From IMG/VR virus record IMGVR_UViG_2061766007_000596: a stretch of DNA of 64,000 nt, one strand, 5' to 3'. Under the pieces are notes generated by a model, which was given only the letters and a program-made list of their open reading frames with translations, was not told where the DNA came from and searched no databases. Position 1 is the stretch's first letter; the number at the start of each line of letters is the position of its first letter. The DNA comes from an uncultured virus (IMG/VR IMGVR_UViG_2061766007_000596) (taxonomy: Duplodnaviria > Heunggongvirae > Uroviricota > Caudoviricetes). Position numbers and translations under genes: made by a program. Positions 50,058 through 61,156 of this stretch are shown here, piece by piece.

Positions 50058-50258
50058 ATTAAGACCCCCTTACTTCAAAAGTAAGTATTGAAGATTTATT
50101 TGATAGAGTAAAATTTTTTAACCACGTTTCTCCGCCAATATCATTAATTTTTTTACAACTTTTATAAAAAACAGTACTAATTGAAGATGAAGGAGTACTT
50201 CCTTTCATTTTACTTTCATAAAAAGTATTTGCCATAATTCATTTTCCTTCTTTCTTGA

Positions 50259-52505
50259 TTAGTTAATTACGAGTTTTACTGTTACATTTGAATCTTGAGC
50301 ATCATATGTTAATTTTATTGTATTACTAACAGAAGTATCTATTTCTTCATAATTAAGACCTGCTTTATTAGTATAAATATCTATATAATTAGCCGTTCCT
50401 ATTGCTGTATTATTAAATGTAACTTGAGTATTTCCTGCAGATAATGTTTGTGTTAAAACAGTAGGTGTAGGTATTAAACTTAAATTACTTGTATCTACAA
50501 TATCAGTAGTAGTAATTTTTCCATCTGTTCTGAAATAATAATTTGTACCATCATAAAAGACAAGATATGTACCTGCGGGAAGTGTATAGTTAGTAGAACT
50601 CGAAGCTGTACCATTAATATAAATTGACTTAGCCCCTTTGCTATTTATATTAAGTGTTAATGCAGATGCTTTTGTATTTGATGTTGTTATTGTTACATGT
50701 ATATATGAATTACTAAGTAATGCATAATTAGTACATGTTGCTGTTTTTGCTGCAGTAGATGCTGAAGTGGTGCAATAAGCAGAAGGTACTGTATTAGTAT
50801 CAGTTGAAGCAGGAGTGTAGCCTAAAGCAGTAGTTACATTAGAGCTTGTAAGCTCACTTCTAATAGTAGCAGAAGATTTATTTTCTACATTTCCAAGACC
50901 TATATTATCGGCAGTAATATTTACATTACCTGTTCTATAAGAACTTTCTGAATTTCCTTTTACACCGGTAACAGCACTCGAAGCAGTAGAAGCGATAGTA
51001 ATAGTTCCACCACTGTTAGTAAGACTTATATTACTACCTTCTGCAAAGTTGAGAGCAGTAGTATTATCGCCTAAAATTTGAGTACCTTTAAGCTGAATAG
51101 GTCTATGAGTATTAGTATCAGTTGTAGGAGGTGTGTATCCAAGAGCTGTAGTCACTTGAGTTTTTGTCAATCCACCAAGGATAGTAGCTCCTGTAACAAC
51201 ATCAGTTTTATTACCATTAATAGTTTTTGTAATTTTATTATTTGTACTATCCCATTCAACAGTAGATACAGTTGCGGATTTGTCAGCCTTACCTGAAATA
51301 TCTTGATGTGAAGTAATAACTGTACCTAAATCAGCTTCTCCACTTGATGATACTGTTGTACCATTCATTTTAACACTTGTAATAGTGCCCACATTACTTG
51401 TTTTACCATCAAGTGTTTTCTCAAGTTTACCAATAGCAGTATTAAGTGAATCACTTGTAGAAATTGATTGATCCGCAGTTGAAGCTTTACTATAACCAGT
51501 CATAGCATTAATTGTATTAGATGCTTGATTATGACTAGCTGTAGCAAAGTCACTAGCTTTACTTCCGCTATCAGTTAAATTTCCACTAGCATCAAGTCCA
51601 GCAAAATTACCATTTGTAGCATTAGTGACTTTATCGGCCTTTCCGCTTACATCACCGCCACTAGGTTCGGCCCAGGTTCCATCTTGTCTTAAAAATTTAG
51701 TAGTAGTAGTTTCATTAGGTAATTGAGGGGTTAAACCAGCACTTGATTTACTAACAACAGCAGTTGTTGCTAAATTTTCAAGAGCTACTTTAGTTACACC
51801 ATTATTAGTTGAAAGAGTACCATCTGCATATACTTCAAATGCATTTGATCTTGCAGATGATGTACCATTACCTATTTCAAAAAGAGTAGTTGATTTATTA
51901 TCATTATATGTACCAGATACATGTTGATAGTCTTGTCCAGCTGATGTATGATAACCTTCTACATGTGAACCATTTCCATTAGCTACTGTTTCTATTCCTT
52001 CTGCATGAGCTGTAACTCCATTAGCAGATGTTTCAAAACCTTCTGTATGAGAATAATCACCAGAAGCTGTTGTTGTTGCACCTTCTGCATGAGCAGCTTC
52101 TCCTGATGCAACTGTTCTACCACCCTCTGCATGTGCTGCAAGATTACTAGCTTCTGTTTCTGTTCCTTCTGCATGAGACATTTCTCCAGAAGCAGTTGAA
52201 CCCATTCCTTCTACATGGGCAGCAAAACCAGAAGCTACTGTTTGTTCGCTATCATTATCAAATGACATTGATACACCTTCAGCATGAGAGAAATCACCTG
52301 TAGCTTGGTTAGGAATAATAGTAACTATATCTCCATCACCTAAGTCATAATTCTCAATGGTTTTAGTGGCATTCTCAACTATACCACCTGTATTTCCAGA
52401 GGTAGGGCTATCAATAATATTTTCAAGTCCATTACCTTCTATATCATAAATTATTCCTTCTGCCGATGGCGAAGGTTTAATTTTTATTTGATTTATACTT
52501 GGCAT
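50259..52505 (-). CDS. tail fibre/adhesin with YadA-head-like SHAEG repeats
   Basis: 14-aa (S/A)HAEG repeats, FEIGNG...RSNAFEV neck, VTTALGYTP and VTGVKG...YRTG modules. Confidence 0.75.
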   Translation of the reverse strand: MPSINQIKIKPSPSAEGIIYDIEGNGLENIIDSPTSGNTGGIVENATKTIENYDLGDGDIVTIIPNQATGDFSHAEGVSMSFDNDSEQTVASGFAAHVEGMGSTASGEMSHAEGTETEASNLAAHAEGGRTVASGEAAHAEGATTTASGDYSHTEGFETSANGVTAHAEGIETVANGNGSHVEGYHTSAGQDYQHVSGTYNDNKSTTLFEIGNGTSSARSNAFEVYADGTLSTNNGVTKVALENLATTAVVSKSSAGLTPQLPNETTTTKFLRQDGTWAEPSGGDVSGKADKVTNATNGNFAGLDASGNLTDSGSKASDFATASHNQASNTINAMTGYSKASTADQSISTSDSLNTAIGKLEKTLDGKTSNVGTITSVKMNGTTVSSSGEADLGTVITSHQDISGKADKSATVSTVEWDSTNNKITKTINGNKTDVVTGATILGGLTKTQVTTALGYTPPTTDTNTHRPIQLKGTQILGDNTTALNFAEGSNISLTNSGGTITIASTASSAVTGVKGNSESSYRTGNVNITADNIGLGNVENKSSATIRSELTSSNVTTALGYTPASTDTNTVPSAYCTTSASTAAKTATCTNYALLSNSYIHVTITTSNTKASALTLNINSKGAKSIYINGTASSSTNYTLPAGTYLVFYDGTNYYFRTDGKITTTDIVDTSNLSLIPTPTVLTQTLSAGNTQVTFNNTAIGTANYIDIYTNKAGLNYEEIDTSVSNTIKLTYDAQDSNVTVKLVIN

Positions 52506-52607
52506 TCTTTTCTCCTTTCTTAAGTTTTTTGAGTAAAAAACTTATTATATCCTTTATATAAAATAAAAATTATTAAAAGGATATTTAAGAAAAATGACCA
52601 ATAAAAA

Positions 52608-52642
52608 ATACCACTTAGATAAATTAATTATCTAAGTGGTAT
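52608..52642 (-). terminator. terminator between the two fibre genes
   Basis: ATACCACTTAGATAA/TTATCTAAGTGGTAT inverted repeat followed by a T run. Confidence 0.7.
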
Positions 52643-52653
52643 AAATTATTTAG

Positions 52654-54456
52654 TTAAGTATTAGCTGTAACAGATGTAACAACAGTAGTAGGTGTAATTG
52701 TTAAACTAGGAGTTGCTCCTAATGTAATTTCTAAAACTGAATTATTGACTGCTACAGATGTAATTGAACCAGCATCCCAAGCAGAAGCTGAACCTACAGA
52801 ACCATCTGTGGCTGTATATGTTGTATCTTGTGCGGGAATGCCTAATGCTGTAATATCTGATTTAGATACGGTAGTCATACTACCAATATGTCCTTCAGAA
52901 GTACCAGCTATTTTATAGAAACCTTCTGCAACTGCAGCAGAAATTTTTCCAGACTCAGCTGCATGATCGTATGCAGCTTTACCTCTATCACCACGATAGG
53001 CTGTTGCATCGGTTTCACCAAGAGCAAGAGATGCTGAAATTTCTACATAAGCAGAACCGCCCCAACGATAAGTCTTATTATCATCTAATGTGATATAAAT
53101 TTTACCTGTTTCTCCAGTTGCGGGAAGAGATGCATAATCAGCTACCTCAATTACATCATCAACATAGCTTGGCAATTGTGAACTAGGTACTTTACCATTA
53201 GTATCGAGTTCAGCTACACCATTAGCAACGCCCTTAACAGCTGTAGTCATGAAACCAGTTGTATTAGTTAAATCACTTAAATCTAATGCTGTTCCATTTT
53301 TCTTAATACTACCTGTGAAGTTAATATCACCATTTTGATATACTTCAAATGCATTTGATCTAGCTGTAGAAGTACCATTACCTATCTCAAATAATGTATT
53401 TGTTTTATTATCATTATAGGTACCAGATACATGTTGATAGTCTTGTCCAGCTGATGTATAATAACCTTCTGCATGTGAACTATATCCATCCGCTTTTGTA
53501 GATTCACCTTCTGCATGGCTACTGGAGCCGCTTGCTTCAGTTTGATATCCTTCTGTGTGTGAACCATAACCACCACTTGATGTAGTTTCATATCCTTCTG
53601 CATGTGCACTATCATAACTTGCTAAAGTATTATATCCTTCAGAATGTGTATAATAACCACTTGCTGTAGTTTGATATCCTTCAGAATGTGAAGCATCACC
53701 ATCCGCTTTGGTATAATAACCTTCTGCATGGGCATAATCACTACTAGCAGTGGTATAATATCCTTCAGCATGAGAATCATCATTAGAAGCTTCTGTTGCA
53801 TATCCTTCAGCATGTGAATTACTACCGCTAGCAATTGTTAAACCACCTTCAGCATGAGAATTAGAACCAGAAGCTTCTGTTGAATATCCTTCAGCATGAG
53901 AATCCTCACCAGAAGCTTCTGTCGCACCACCTTCTGCATGAGCTGTTCTTCCACTAGCTGTTGTGTTATTTCCTTCTGCATGTGAAGCCAGTCCATTAGC
54001 AGTTACGTGCCATCCTTCTGTATGTGAAGCTATTCCGCTTGCAGATGTTTCAATACCTTCTGCATGAGAAAAATCTCCTGTGGCTTCATTGGGTGTAATA
54101 GTGATAGTTTGAGAAGTGGGTTCAAAATAATAATTTTCAATAGTCTTAGTAGCATTTTCTACTGTGCCACCGACATTTCCTGATGTAGGACTATCAATAA
54201 TATTTTGTAATGTGCCTTCAACTGTTCCCCAAGTTCCATCGCCTTTAAGGAATTTACCATCATCACCTGCTGTGGGCGCCGGTACAAGACCAGTTGCTCC
54301 AGCTGCAGTAGAAGTAGCACCAGTAAAATCTTGTAATAAAGTATCTATACCACTACCATTTAAAGTGACATTAGAAGCGTCTGCTCCAATGTCAGCAACT
54401 ATGGGACTACCAGAAGGGGTCTGTATAGACACTTGATTAATTACTGTATTTGGCAT
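52654..54456 (-). CDS. tail fibre/adhesin paralog with ~16 SHAEG repeats
   Basis: Same repeats and neck as 50259-52505; GLVPAP and KGVANGVAELD...QLPSYVDDV modules. Confidence 0.75.
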   Translation of the reverse strand: MPNTVINQVSIQTPSGSPIVADIGADASNVTLNGSGIDTLLQDFTGATSTAAGATGLVPAPTAGDDGKFLKGDGTWGTVEGTLQNIIDSPTSGNVGGTVENATKTIENYYFEPTSQTITITPNEATGDFSHAEGIETSASGIASHTEGWHVTANGLASHAEGNNTTASGRTAHAEGGATEASGEDSHAEGYSTEASGSNSHAEGGLTIASGSNSHAEGYATEASNDDSHAEGYYTTASSDYAHAEGYYTKADGDASHSEGYQTTASGYYTHSEGYNTLASYDSAHAEGYETTSSGGYGSHTEGYQTEASGSSSHAEGESTKADGYSSHAEGYYTSAGQDYQHVSGTYNDNKTNTLFEIGNGTSTARSNAFEVYQNGDINFTGSIKKNGTALDLSDLTNTTGFMTTAVKGVANGVAELDTNGKVPSSQLPSYVDDVIEVADYASLPATGETGKIYITLDDNKTYRWGGSAYVEISASLALGETDATAYRGDRGKAAYDHAAESGKISAAVAEGFYKIAGTSEGHIGSMTTVSKSDITALGIPAQDTTYTATDGSVGSASAWDAGSITSVAVNNSVLEITLGATPSLTITPTTVVTSVTANT

Positions 54457-54843
54457 TTATATATTCTCCTTTCATTTTAATTAGAAATAAATATATATTT
54501 CNNNNNNNNNNNNNNNNNNNNNNNNNNNNNNNNNNNNNNNNNNNNNNNNNNNNNNNNNNNNNNNNNNNNNNNNNNNNNNNNNNNNNNNNNNNNNNNNNNN
54601 NNNNNNNNNNNNNNNNNNNNNNNNNNNNNNNNNNNNNNNNATTCAAGATATGAATTATATAATTATTTTTAAATTAGTTTTTTCACTAATCGTGATTGCT
54701 CCTCGTTTAAGTGCTTTTTAGCTACTACTAATATTTTATCATAGTTCGTACTTCGTACGCACTGGANNNNNNNNNNNNNNNNNNNNNNNNNNNNNNNNNN
54801 NNNNNNNNNNNNNNNNNNTTTTTAGTTGTCAACTGATTTTACG

Positions 54844-55449
54844 TTACTTAGGATTTATTTTTTTATCCATCTCTATAGCTTCTTCGTCAGTAACAATAGG
54901 AAGGTTCATACAATAGGTATAATATCCTTCACCATCTGAATTACCACCTAATCCATTATGATATGGTTCGTATAATAATTTAAGATTATTTTGTTCTGCT
55001 AATGTAATTGCACCACGTTTTTGATATTGTTTACCAAGAAAAACAATTTTATCATGAGTTAATGCCATTAAGGATTGACCCATATATTTTCCTAATTTAG
55101 CAACTTCATCAGTATTTTTAGCTAAAGAAATCATAGTTTCACGAAGTTCTTCAATAGCTTCTTTATGTTCTTGATAACGTTCTACACCTTTAGCTTCACG
55201 TTCTTCAAGCCCTTGTCTGACTTCTTCGTTTAATTCTTTTATTGCTTTAGCATTAACATCACAATAATCGATCTTCCATTGATTATTTACATTAGTTAAA
55301 TGCTGTTTCAATTTATTTTCTAAGTTGTTTTCTTCCTTATCTTCCGCACGTTCTTTCTTTTTTGAGAAATGACTAATAAGGAACTCGATAAATTTCAGCA
55401 AGGCGGCTACTACACCACCTCCTGCGAGTACTAATATTAATTCATGCAT
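54844..55449 (-). CDS. N-terminal TM coiled-coil protein (holin-associated type)
   Basis: Hydrophobic N-terminus; LYEPYH.GLGGN.DG motif common near phage tail/lysis genes. Confidence 0.6.
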   Translation of the reverse strand: MHELILVLAGGGVVAALLKFIEFLISHFSKKKERAEDKEENNLENKLKQHLTNVNNQWKIDYCDVNAKAIKELNEEVRQGLEEREAKGVERYQEHKEAIEELRETMISLAKNTDEVAKLGKYMGQSLMALTHDKIVFLGKQYQKRGAITLAEQNNLKLLYEPYHNGLGGNSDGEGYYTYCMNLPIVTDEEAIEMDKKINPK

Positions 55450-55466
55450 GATATAGCCTCCCTAGA

Positions 55467-55685
55467 TTAAGGGGTAAGTGTTTCTATTGTTACATCTATT
55501 GTATTTAAATTCTTGAGGACTATCTTTTTAATAGTAGCAGCTTCGATGGTGTCCTCTAAAGCAGAGTATCCATCTTTAATAAATGTAATAATTAGAAGCC
55601 CTTCTTCTGACATAAGATTTATTGTTATTGGTTTTGTGGATTCTAATACTGAAAGAAATCCTCCAAGAGTTATTGAATTATCCAT
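55467..55685 (-). CDS. hypothetical protein
   Basis: AAGGAG RBS; 72 aa. Confidence 0.6.
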   Translation of the reverse strand: MDNSITLGGFLSVLESTKPITINLMSEEGLLIITFIKDGYSALEDTIEAATIKKIVLKNLNTIDVTIETLTP

Positions 55686-55717
55686 TTATTTTTATCTCCT
55701 TTTTATACGGGAAAGGG

Positions 55718-55761
55718 TACAATATCTTGTATTTAGTTATAAAAGAATACAAGATATTGTA
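55718..55761. repeat. perfect 16-bp inverted repeat
   Basis: TACAATATCTTGTATT / AATACAAGATATTGTA, intergenic. Confidence 0.8.
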
Positions 55762-55773
55762 GTGGTTTCCGCA

Positions 55774-57006
55774 TTAACTAATAGTTGTATAAGTTGATTT
55801 AACTGTTGTACATTGATATTTAGCAGAATAGCCATATTTACTTTCAGCATTTGCTTGAGAAATATTTTCTAAACTTACAAATTTAACTTTATAACAATTA
55901 GATTTACAAACACAAAATCCACACCAATAGCCTCCATCAGAATTAATATAAACTCCTAATGTATTATCATTTAACTTATAAACTGTTACTTTTTGAGTTC
56001 CATTATAACCTAACCATGTAGCATAATTAGATGAACTTAATAAGGTATTTTGATAACAATAGCCTTGTATTAATAATTTTGCAGGTGGTCTTGAACCATA
56101 ACCAAAATAACTAAGTTCTATAAGATAATCATTACTACCCCATGAAGTATCTATTGTAAATCTAAAAAAATGTCCAGTTGTAGTATCACCTGAAGCCTGG
56201 GTTGTTCTACCTACAATTCCACTTGGAATAGCATCAATTGCAGATTTAATTCCTGCGGAGGTCACTGGATTCGCACTCCCAGTCTTAGGATTTGAATCGA
56301 ACGTTAATGTAGCTTGTTTTCCAGCTAATGCATCATATATACCATCGCTTGTTACTGGATTAGAACTACCATCGGTCGGTGTTGAATCGAATGTTAATGT
56401 AGCTTGCTTACCAGCGAGAGCTGTATATATACCACCTGACTTAACAGGGTTTGTACTTCCACTTGTCGGGGAATTATCAAATGCTAATATATCTTGTTTA
56501 GCATTTAACCTAGCATCCATTGAAGTTTTATCATAGAAGTTAAGAAGTATCGCATTAAGTGCATCTGTAGTGCAATATGATTGCAGAGCAGTTGTTAATT
56601 GTGCGGAAGTTACGTATCCACTGAGATCGATATCGGTATCGCCAATCTTAACCCAAGTATTATTAACATAAACGTATTCATCATAAGTGTTAGTACTTGC
56701 CGCCGGTCCTACAAAGTAGATTGTAGTTGCGGAAATATCTTGAGTAGGAAGTGATGCAACAACTTCAATTGTAAGAGTATTGATTGCTCCTATTAATTCT
56801 CTTACTTCGCTTTTGTTATACACATCTGCTTTTGTATAATATTCAACTAAGTCATTGACTGTTTTATCTATCTTTTGTTCAAGCGCGTTATATACGGAAC
56901 GATTCTGGATAGGATTTGTTGAATCAGGAGATAGGATACTATCTACATCTGAAAATCCTGCTACGCGCTCTATGATGCCAGAATCATTACGAATTCGAAT
57001 CGACAT
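55774..57006 (-). CDS. virion fibre-like protein with D..P..GS.NPV.S.GI repeats
   Basis: Own AAAGGAG RBS at ~57015; three tandem 30-aa repeats; YDEYVYVN..W.KIG module. Confidence 0.7.
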   Translation of the reverse strand: MSIRIRNDSGIIERVAGFSDVDSILSPDSTNPIQNRSVYNALEQKIDKTVNDLVEYYTKADVYNKSEVRELIGAINTLTIEVVASLPTQDISATTIYFVGPAASTNTYDEYVYVNNTWVKIGDTDIDLSGYVTSAQLTTALQSYCTTDALNAILLNFYDKTSMDARLNAKQDILAFDNSPTSGSTNPVKSGGIYTALAGKQATLTFDSTPTDGSSNPVTSDGIYDALAGKQATLTFDSNPKTGSANPVTSAGIKSAIDAIPSGIVGRTTQASGDTTTGHFFRFTIDTSWGSNDYLIELSYFGYGSRPPAKLLIQGYCYQNTLLSSSNYATWLGYNGTQKVTVYKLNDNTLGVYINSDGGYWCGFCVCKSNCYKVKFVSLENISQANAESKYGYSAKYQCTTVKSTYTTIS

Positions 57007-57254
57007 GTATTTCTCCTTTCTAAATCTCGAAAAAAGANNNNNNNNNNNNNNNNNNNNNNNNNNNNNNNNNNNNNNNNNNNNNNNNNNNNNNNNNNNNNNN
57101 NNNNNNNNNNNNNNNNNNNNNNNNNNNNNNNNNNNNNNNNNNNNNNNNNNNNNNNNNNNNNNNNNNNNNNNNNNNNNNNNNNNNNNNNNNNNNNNNNNNN
57201 NNNNNNNNNNNNNNNNNNNNNNNNNNNNNNNNNNNNNNNNNNNNNNNNNNNNNN

Positions 57255-57867
57255 TTCCATTTGTCCTAATATAAATACCACTTCCTTGAAATGTACTTGT
57301 ATATATATTTGTCAAAGGACGATAGCCAGCGGGTAATGTATAAAACATTTGCTGATTATCACTTGCTACATTTTCAACAACTAAACTAAAAAATACTCGA
57401 GATCCTATTTTATAATAATAGCACATATCTCCTATTTTTGTACCATAATTAGGAGTATAGGCAATTGGTGTTAATGTTTCTTTAACATTAGCATCATTTA
57501 TTTTCTGACTATCAAGTAAATCATTATACTCATTATCTGTGTAAAGTTTATATGCAGTATAAGAGTATTTGGCAGTAAGCATAGCAGCACCATCAACTCT
57601 AGTGGCATCAAACCTAAAACCACTAGCTGTTTGATTTAAAGTTCTCCATTGAGTTCTTTCCCAAGATGCAGTATATGGATTAATATCTACTATATAATTA
57701 GCATCAGGCATTGGAATATCAAAAGTTACATTTACAGTAATAAAACTAGAAGAGCCATCTCCTTCAACGGTAATAATACCTGTCCGCACTGTACTAGCGC
57801 CATACTCCGCTTTACCGCGCCCCGCAATAGGAGTTAGAACTCCAGCATTGTTATTATATAATCCCAT
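57255..57867 (-). CDS. fibre-associated protein; 3' end in gap
   Basis: AGGAGG RBS; VTF..PMPDANY module; YKIG..V...LPAGYRP module. Confidence 0.65.
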
Positions 57868-57880
57868 GTTCTTTCCTCCT

Positions 57881-60475
57881 TTAACTTAATATCTTTTTAT
57901 AAGTAGTGACTGTTTTATAAGTTCCAGAATTTGCTGCACCTGATTCAAAGTATAATGTTATTCCAAATAAGAAACTTCCATGTTGGTGACATTTTTCAGT
58001 TGATCCACTCCATGCAGTTATATAAACTTGGAAATTAATAACTTCATATCCATCTAAAGGTGTGGGTTGAACATTAATAGTTCTATTTGCAGGAAGCGTT
58101 GCTGTTATATCATCACTAATAACAACTTTAATATAATCAGCTACAGCATTACTAGTTATTGCACTCATATTTCCATCTTCAACTACATCAACGGGTGCTA
58201 TACCTAAGGTTTCTTTGTCATCAGTTAAATTAACTAATTGATATCTAGCTTTTTGATATGCAGTTAATGCATTCCATTCTGCTGTTGTTCCTACAAAGAC
58301 ATTAGGTCTATCTGTAAGTTGTTTATTAGTCTCTGCATATGGTACCCAAGTATTATCTGGATCTGTAGCTAAACGAAGCATAGGATGGAATGTAAGATTA
58401 TTAGCTACATATGAAGCACTTAAAATCTGACATCTTATAGCTAAATCAGCTTGTACTGTATCATAATCATAAGTGAATGTAACACCATCACCATATTCTA
58501 CTGCTAAGTTATGCCATGTTCCACCTGAATCAGCATATCCAGCTTGCATTCTATATGTTGTATTACTACCGCCAGCAGGACAACCTGTTAAAATATATGT
58601 TCCACTCTTTCTAAAACCACTATTAGATCTAGCCATAACATGATATGTAGTACTAGTAGTAGTTTGTAATTGACCGGTTGCTGTTACTGTACCTTCTTCT
58701 ATTGTATCCCATACTACACCATCATATTCCATATGAGCATTAACATCATAAGGATAAGGTATTAAGTTTTTAACATTAAGAGTATTAACAATATCATTAA
58801 CTTGAGCTTGTTCTGCTTTAGTTGATATTTCTGTCGTTAATTGCTGATTTGTTTTAACATATAGTTGATATGTATTATCATTATCACTAGCTAATCTAAG
58901 CATAGGATAGAATGTAATTGGATTAGTAATAACAGCTCCACTTTGAATGGTAATAAATACACCAAAGTATTTATCAATTAAATCATTAGTAACATCAATT
59001 ACTACACCTTGGCCATCACCTAAATCAGTTCCATAATTAGAAGCTTGACCTTCAAATATACAATGAAGTCTATATATTAATTTACCACTTTGGAATCCTC
59101 CAGAAGGACATCCACTTAAAATATATCTACCTTTAGGAATTTTTAAATTGCCTGTATTATTTCTAGGTACAAGTATAAATGAAGCTACATCGGTAGCAGT
59201 TCCACTTACAGTTATTGAACCATCTCCATTATCAGTAAATGTAATTCCATTTAGAGTTTGTGTTGTATTATAATAAGGATAAGGAATAAAATTTTTAACT
59301 CCTGTATTATTTATAACTTCAGATAAATCATTTACTAATTGTTTATTAGTAGGTATATAAGGTTCATATGTATCATCAACAATAGATGCTTCTCTTATCA
59401 TTGGTTTAAATATTAAATTATTAACTGTAATATCTTCTTTAATAATAAGACCAATTTGAATATGTTGAGTTGTTTCATCTATTGTTGGAATAACAACACC
59501 ATTACCAGAGTCTATTGCCTCAGATACAAAAGTATCATCTTTTAATCCTATTCTTGCCCTAAGATAATATGTAGTAGAACTTCCTCCACTAGGACAACCA
59601 CTTAATATTTTTCCTGCAAATCTATTATCATTAATAATATCTGTAAGATTAACATTTACAACATTTCCAGTTGTAACTGTTCCATTAGCTATAATAGTTC
59701 CATCATATTGAGGATTTATAGCTACACCATAACTATTATAATTAGATAATTTATTTAAAAAATATGGAAATGGAAGTAAATTTTTAGCTCCATATACATT
59801 TGAAATATCATCAACTTCAGTTTGATTTGCTTTATCATCTAAAGCAGTTTTAATTACTTTATTTTGTACGGGGTTCTCACTTGTATCGCTAATAGCAGAA
59901 TCCACGTCGATGTGTACATTAGCTAAATCAGCTTGTGTAGCTAACTTATTTAAAATAGAAGCGGTTGATGGTACAACATCTTGTATATCAGCAACATTAT
60001 TTATAATAGGTGTTGTTGCTGTGTTTAAATCATTTTGTGTTATTAATTTATTTGAAGAACTTGCAGATGCGGGAATCGAGGTTAGTGTCGTCTCGACATC
60101 TTGCAATTCTTGATACATTTGCTCGGCGTGTTGAACTGTATAGGTTTTATAGGCTACCCAGTTAATAACAGATCCTGAACCGCTAGCAGAACTAGAAACG
60201 TTAGACCAATAGCAAGTAAATCCATTTGCTGTTTTAGAATTTGATGTAATTAAATTTAAACAATGTGTATTTGAATCAAAATTAATTAAGTAATCTGCAT
60301 CTGGCATTGGCTCACTAAAAGTTACAGCTTGTGAACCTGTAGCACCTGCTGCTACTGCTCCTACTGAAATAGTTCCGCTTCTAGTAGCAACCGCCCCTGC
60401 CTCAAGATTTCCGCCAGGAGTTAAACCACTAGCATTTATAATTATGCCATTGCTATCTATATATTTTACTGACAT
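57881..60475 (-). CDS. large virion protein with three beta-sandwich-like repeats
   Basis: Three KN..P.PY...GCP.GG...PM.R...T..PY repeats. Confidence 0.7.
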   Translation of the reverse strand: MSVKYIDSNGIIINASGLTPGGNLEAGAVATRSGTISVGAVAAGATGSQAVTFSEPMPDADYLINFDSNTHCLNLITSNSKTANGFTCYWSNVSSSASGSGSVINWVAYKTYTVQHAEQMYQELQDVETTLTSIPASASSSNKLITQNDLNTATTPIINNVADIQDVVPSTASILNKLATQADLANVHIDVDSAISDTSENPVQNKVIKTALDDKANQTEVDDISNVYGAKNLLPFPYFLNKLSNYNSYGVAINPQYDGTIIANGTVTTGNVVNVNLTDIINDNRFAGKILSGCPSGGSSTTYYLRARIGLKDDTFVSEAIDSGNGVVIPTIDETTQHIQIGLIIKEDITVNNLIFKPMIREASIVDDTYEPYIPTNKQLVNDLSEVINNTGVKNFIPYPYYNTTQTLNGITFTDNGDGSITVSGTATDVASFILVPRNNTGNLKIPKGRYILSGCPSGGFQSGKLIYRLHCIFEGQASNYGTDLGDGQGVVIDVTNDLIDKYFGVFITIQSGAVITNPITFYPMLRLASDNDNTYQLYVKTNQQLTTEISTKAEQAQVNDIVNTLNVKNLIPYPYDVNAHMEYDGVVWDTIEEGTVTATGQLQTTTSTTYHVMARSNSGFRKSGTYILTGCPAGGSNTTYRMQAGYADSGGTWHNLAVEYGDGVTFTYDYDTVQADLAIRCQILSASYVANNLTFHPMLRLATDPDNTWVPYAETNKQLTDRPNVFVGTTAEWNALTAYQKARYQLVNLTDDKETLGIAPVDVVEDGNMSAITSNAVADYIKVVISDDITATLPANRTINVQPTPLDGYEVINFQVYITAWSGSTEKCHQHGSFLFGITLYFESGAANSGTYKTVTTYKKILS

Positions 60476-60491
60476 GATTTATCTCCTTTCA

Positions 60492-61076
60492 TTATTTTGG
60501 AATTGTTACTATATTAAAATAGATTTGTTTTAATGTACTACCTGATCTATTATCTATATATAAAGTTCTAATACCACCGCCTGAGACATACCCAGTAACT
60601 GTATATCCTAATCTTTCTCCTAGAAGCGGTGACCCACCGAATACAAAAGCTGATTGATAAGAAGGAGCACAATCAGCAGGAAAGAAATTCTCGCATGTTA
60701 GACGAGCATCGCTCGCAATACCAGATCCAGTAGTATACATACTTCCATATACAAACATTAATCCATTCTTTTTAAAACAAGCTAAACCACTAGGGCCAGT
60801 AGTCCATCCAGTAGGAAGATTTACTTGAGAGGTATACTGTGTTATACTATTTAAAGTTTGATATATACCATCACTCGTAACAGCTACGGGACTTCCTGCA
60901 GTAGGCATTGTATCCATTTCTGTTTCATCATCGGTGATAATTATTATACAGTTTCTAGGTAGAGTTCCTGCCGTTTTTTGTGCATCATATTGCGCTTTAG
61001 TACCTATCCAGGTACGAGTCCCTGAAGCCAGGGTAATTAATTCCCCAGTTTGGGGATTATATTTATTCACACTCAA
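60492..61076 (-). CDS. fibre-associated protein
   Basis: AGGAGG RBS, TTG start; WIGTKAQY and P..GS..AVTSDGI modules. Confidence 0.65.
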   Translation of the reverse strand: MSVNKYNPQTGELITLASGTRTWIGTKAQYDAQKTAGTLPRNCIIIITDDETEMDTMPTAGSPVAVTSDGIYQTLNSITQYTSQVNLPTGWTTGPSGLACFKKNGLMFVYGSMYTTGSGIASDARLTCENFFPADCAPSYQSAFVFGGSPLLGERLGYTVTGYVSGGGIRTLYIDNRSGSTLKQIYFNIVTIPK

Positions 61077-61156
61077 GGATTAATTCCTCCTTTCGTCTTA
61101 TTAAAAAAATGCGGGCAGCGAGGTCAATGGCTGTCAAAGACCTCGATTTCCGCCAT

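Noticed and set aside
47120..52605. TTGGTCA...ATATAAA as a late-promoter motif (near 47165 and 52600)
   Set aside because: Only two instances, with different spacing; insufficient support.
51831..53480. Near-identical blocks in two fibre genes as a DGR template/variable repeat pair
   Set aside because: Differences go in both directions and are not adenine-specific; both copies are in-frame coding; no reverse transcriptase in the window.
55774..57867. Single 697-aa protein in the ORF track
   Set aside because: It reads through a ~217-N gap; a separate RBS and start at 57006 indicate two genes.
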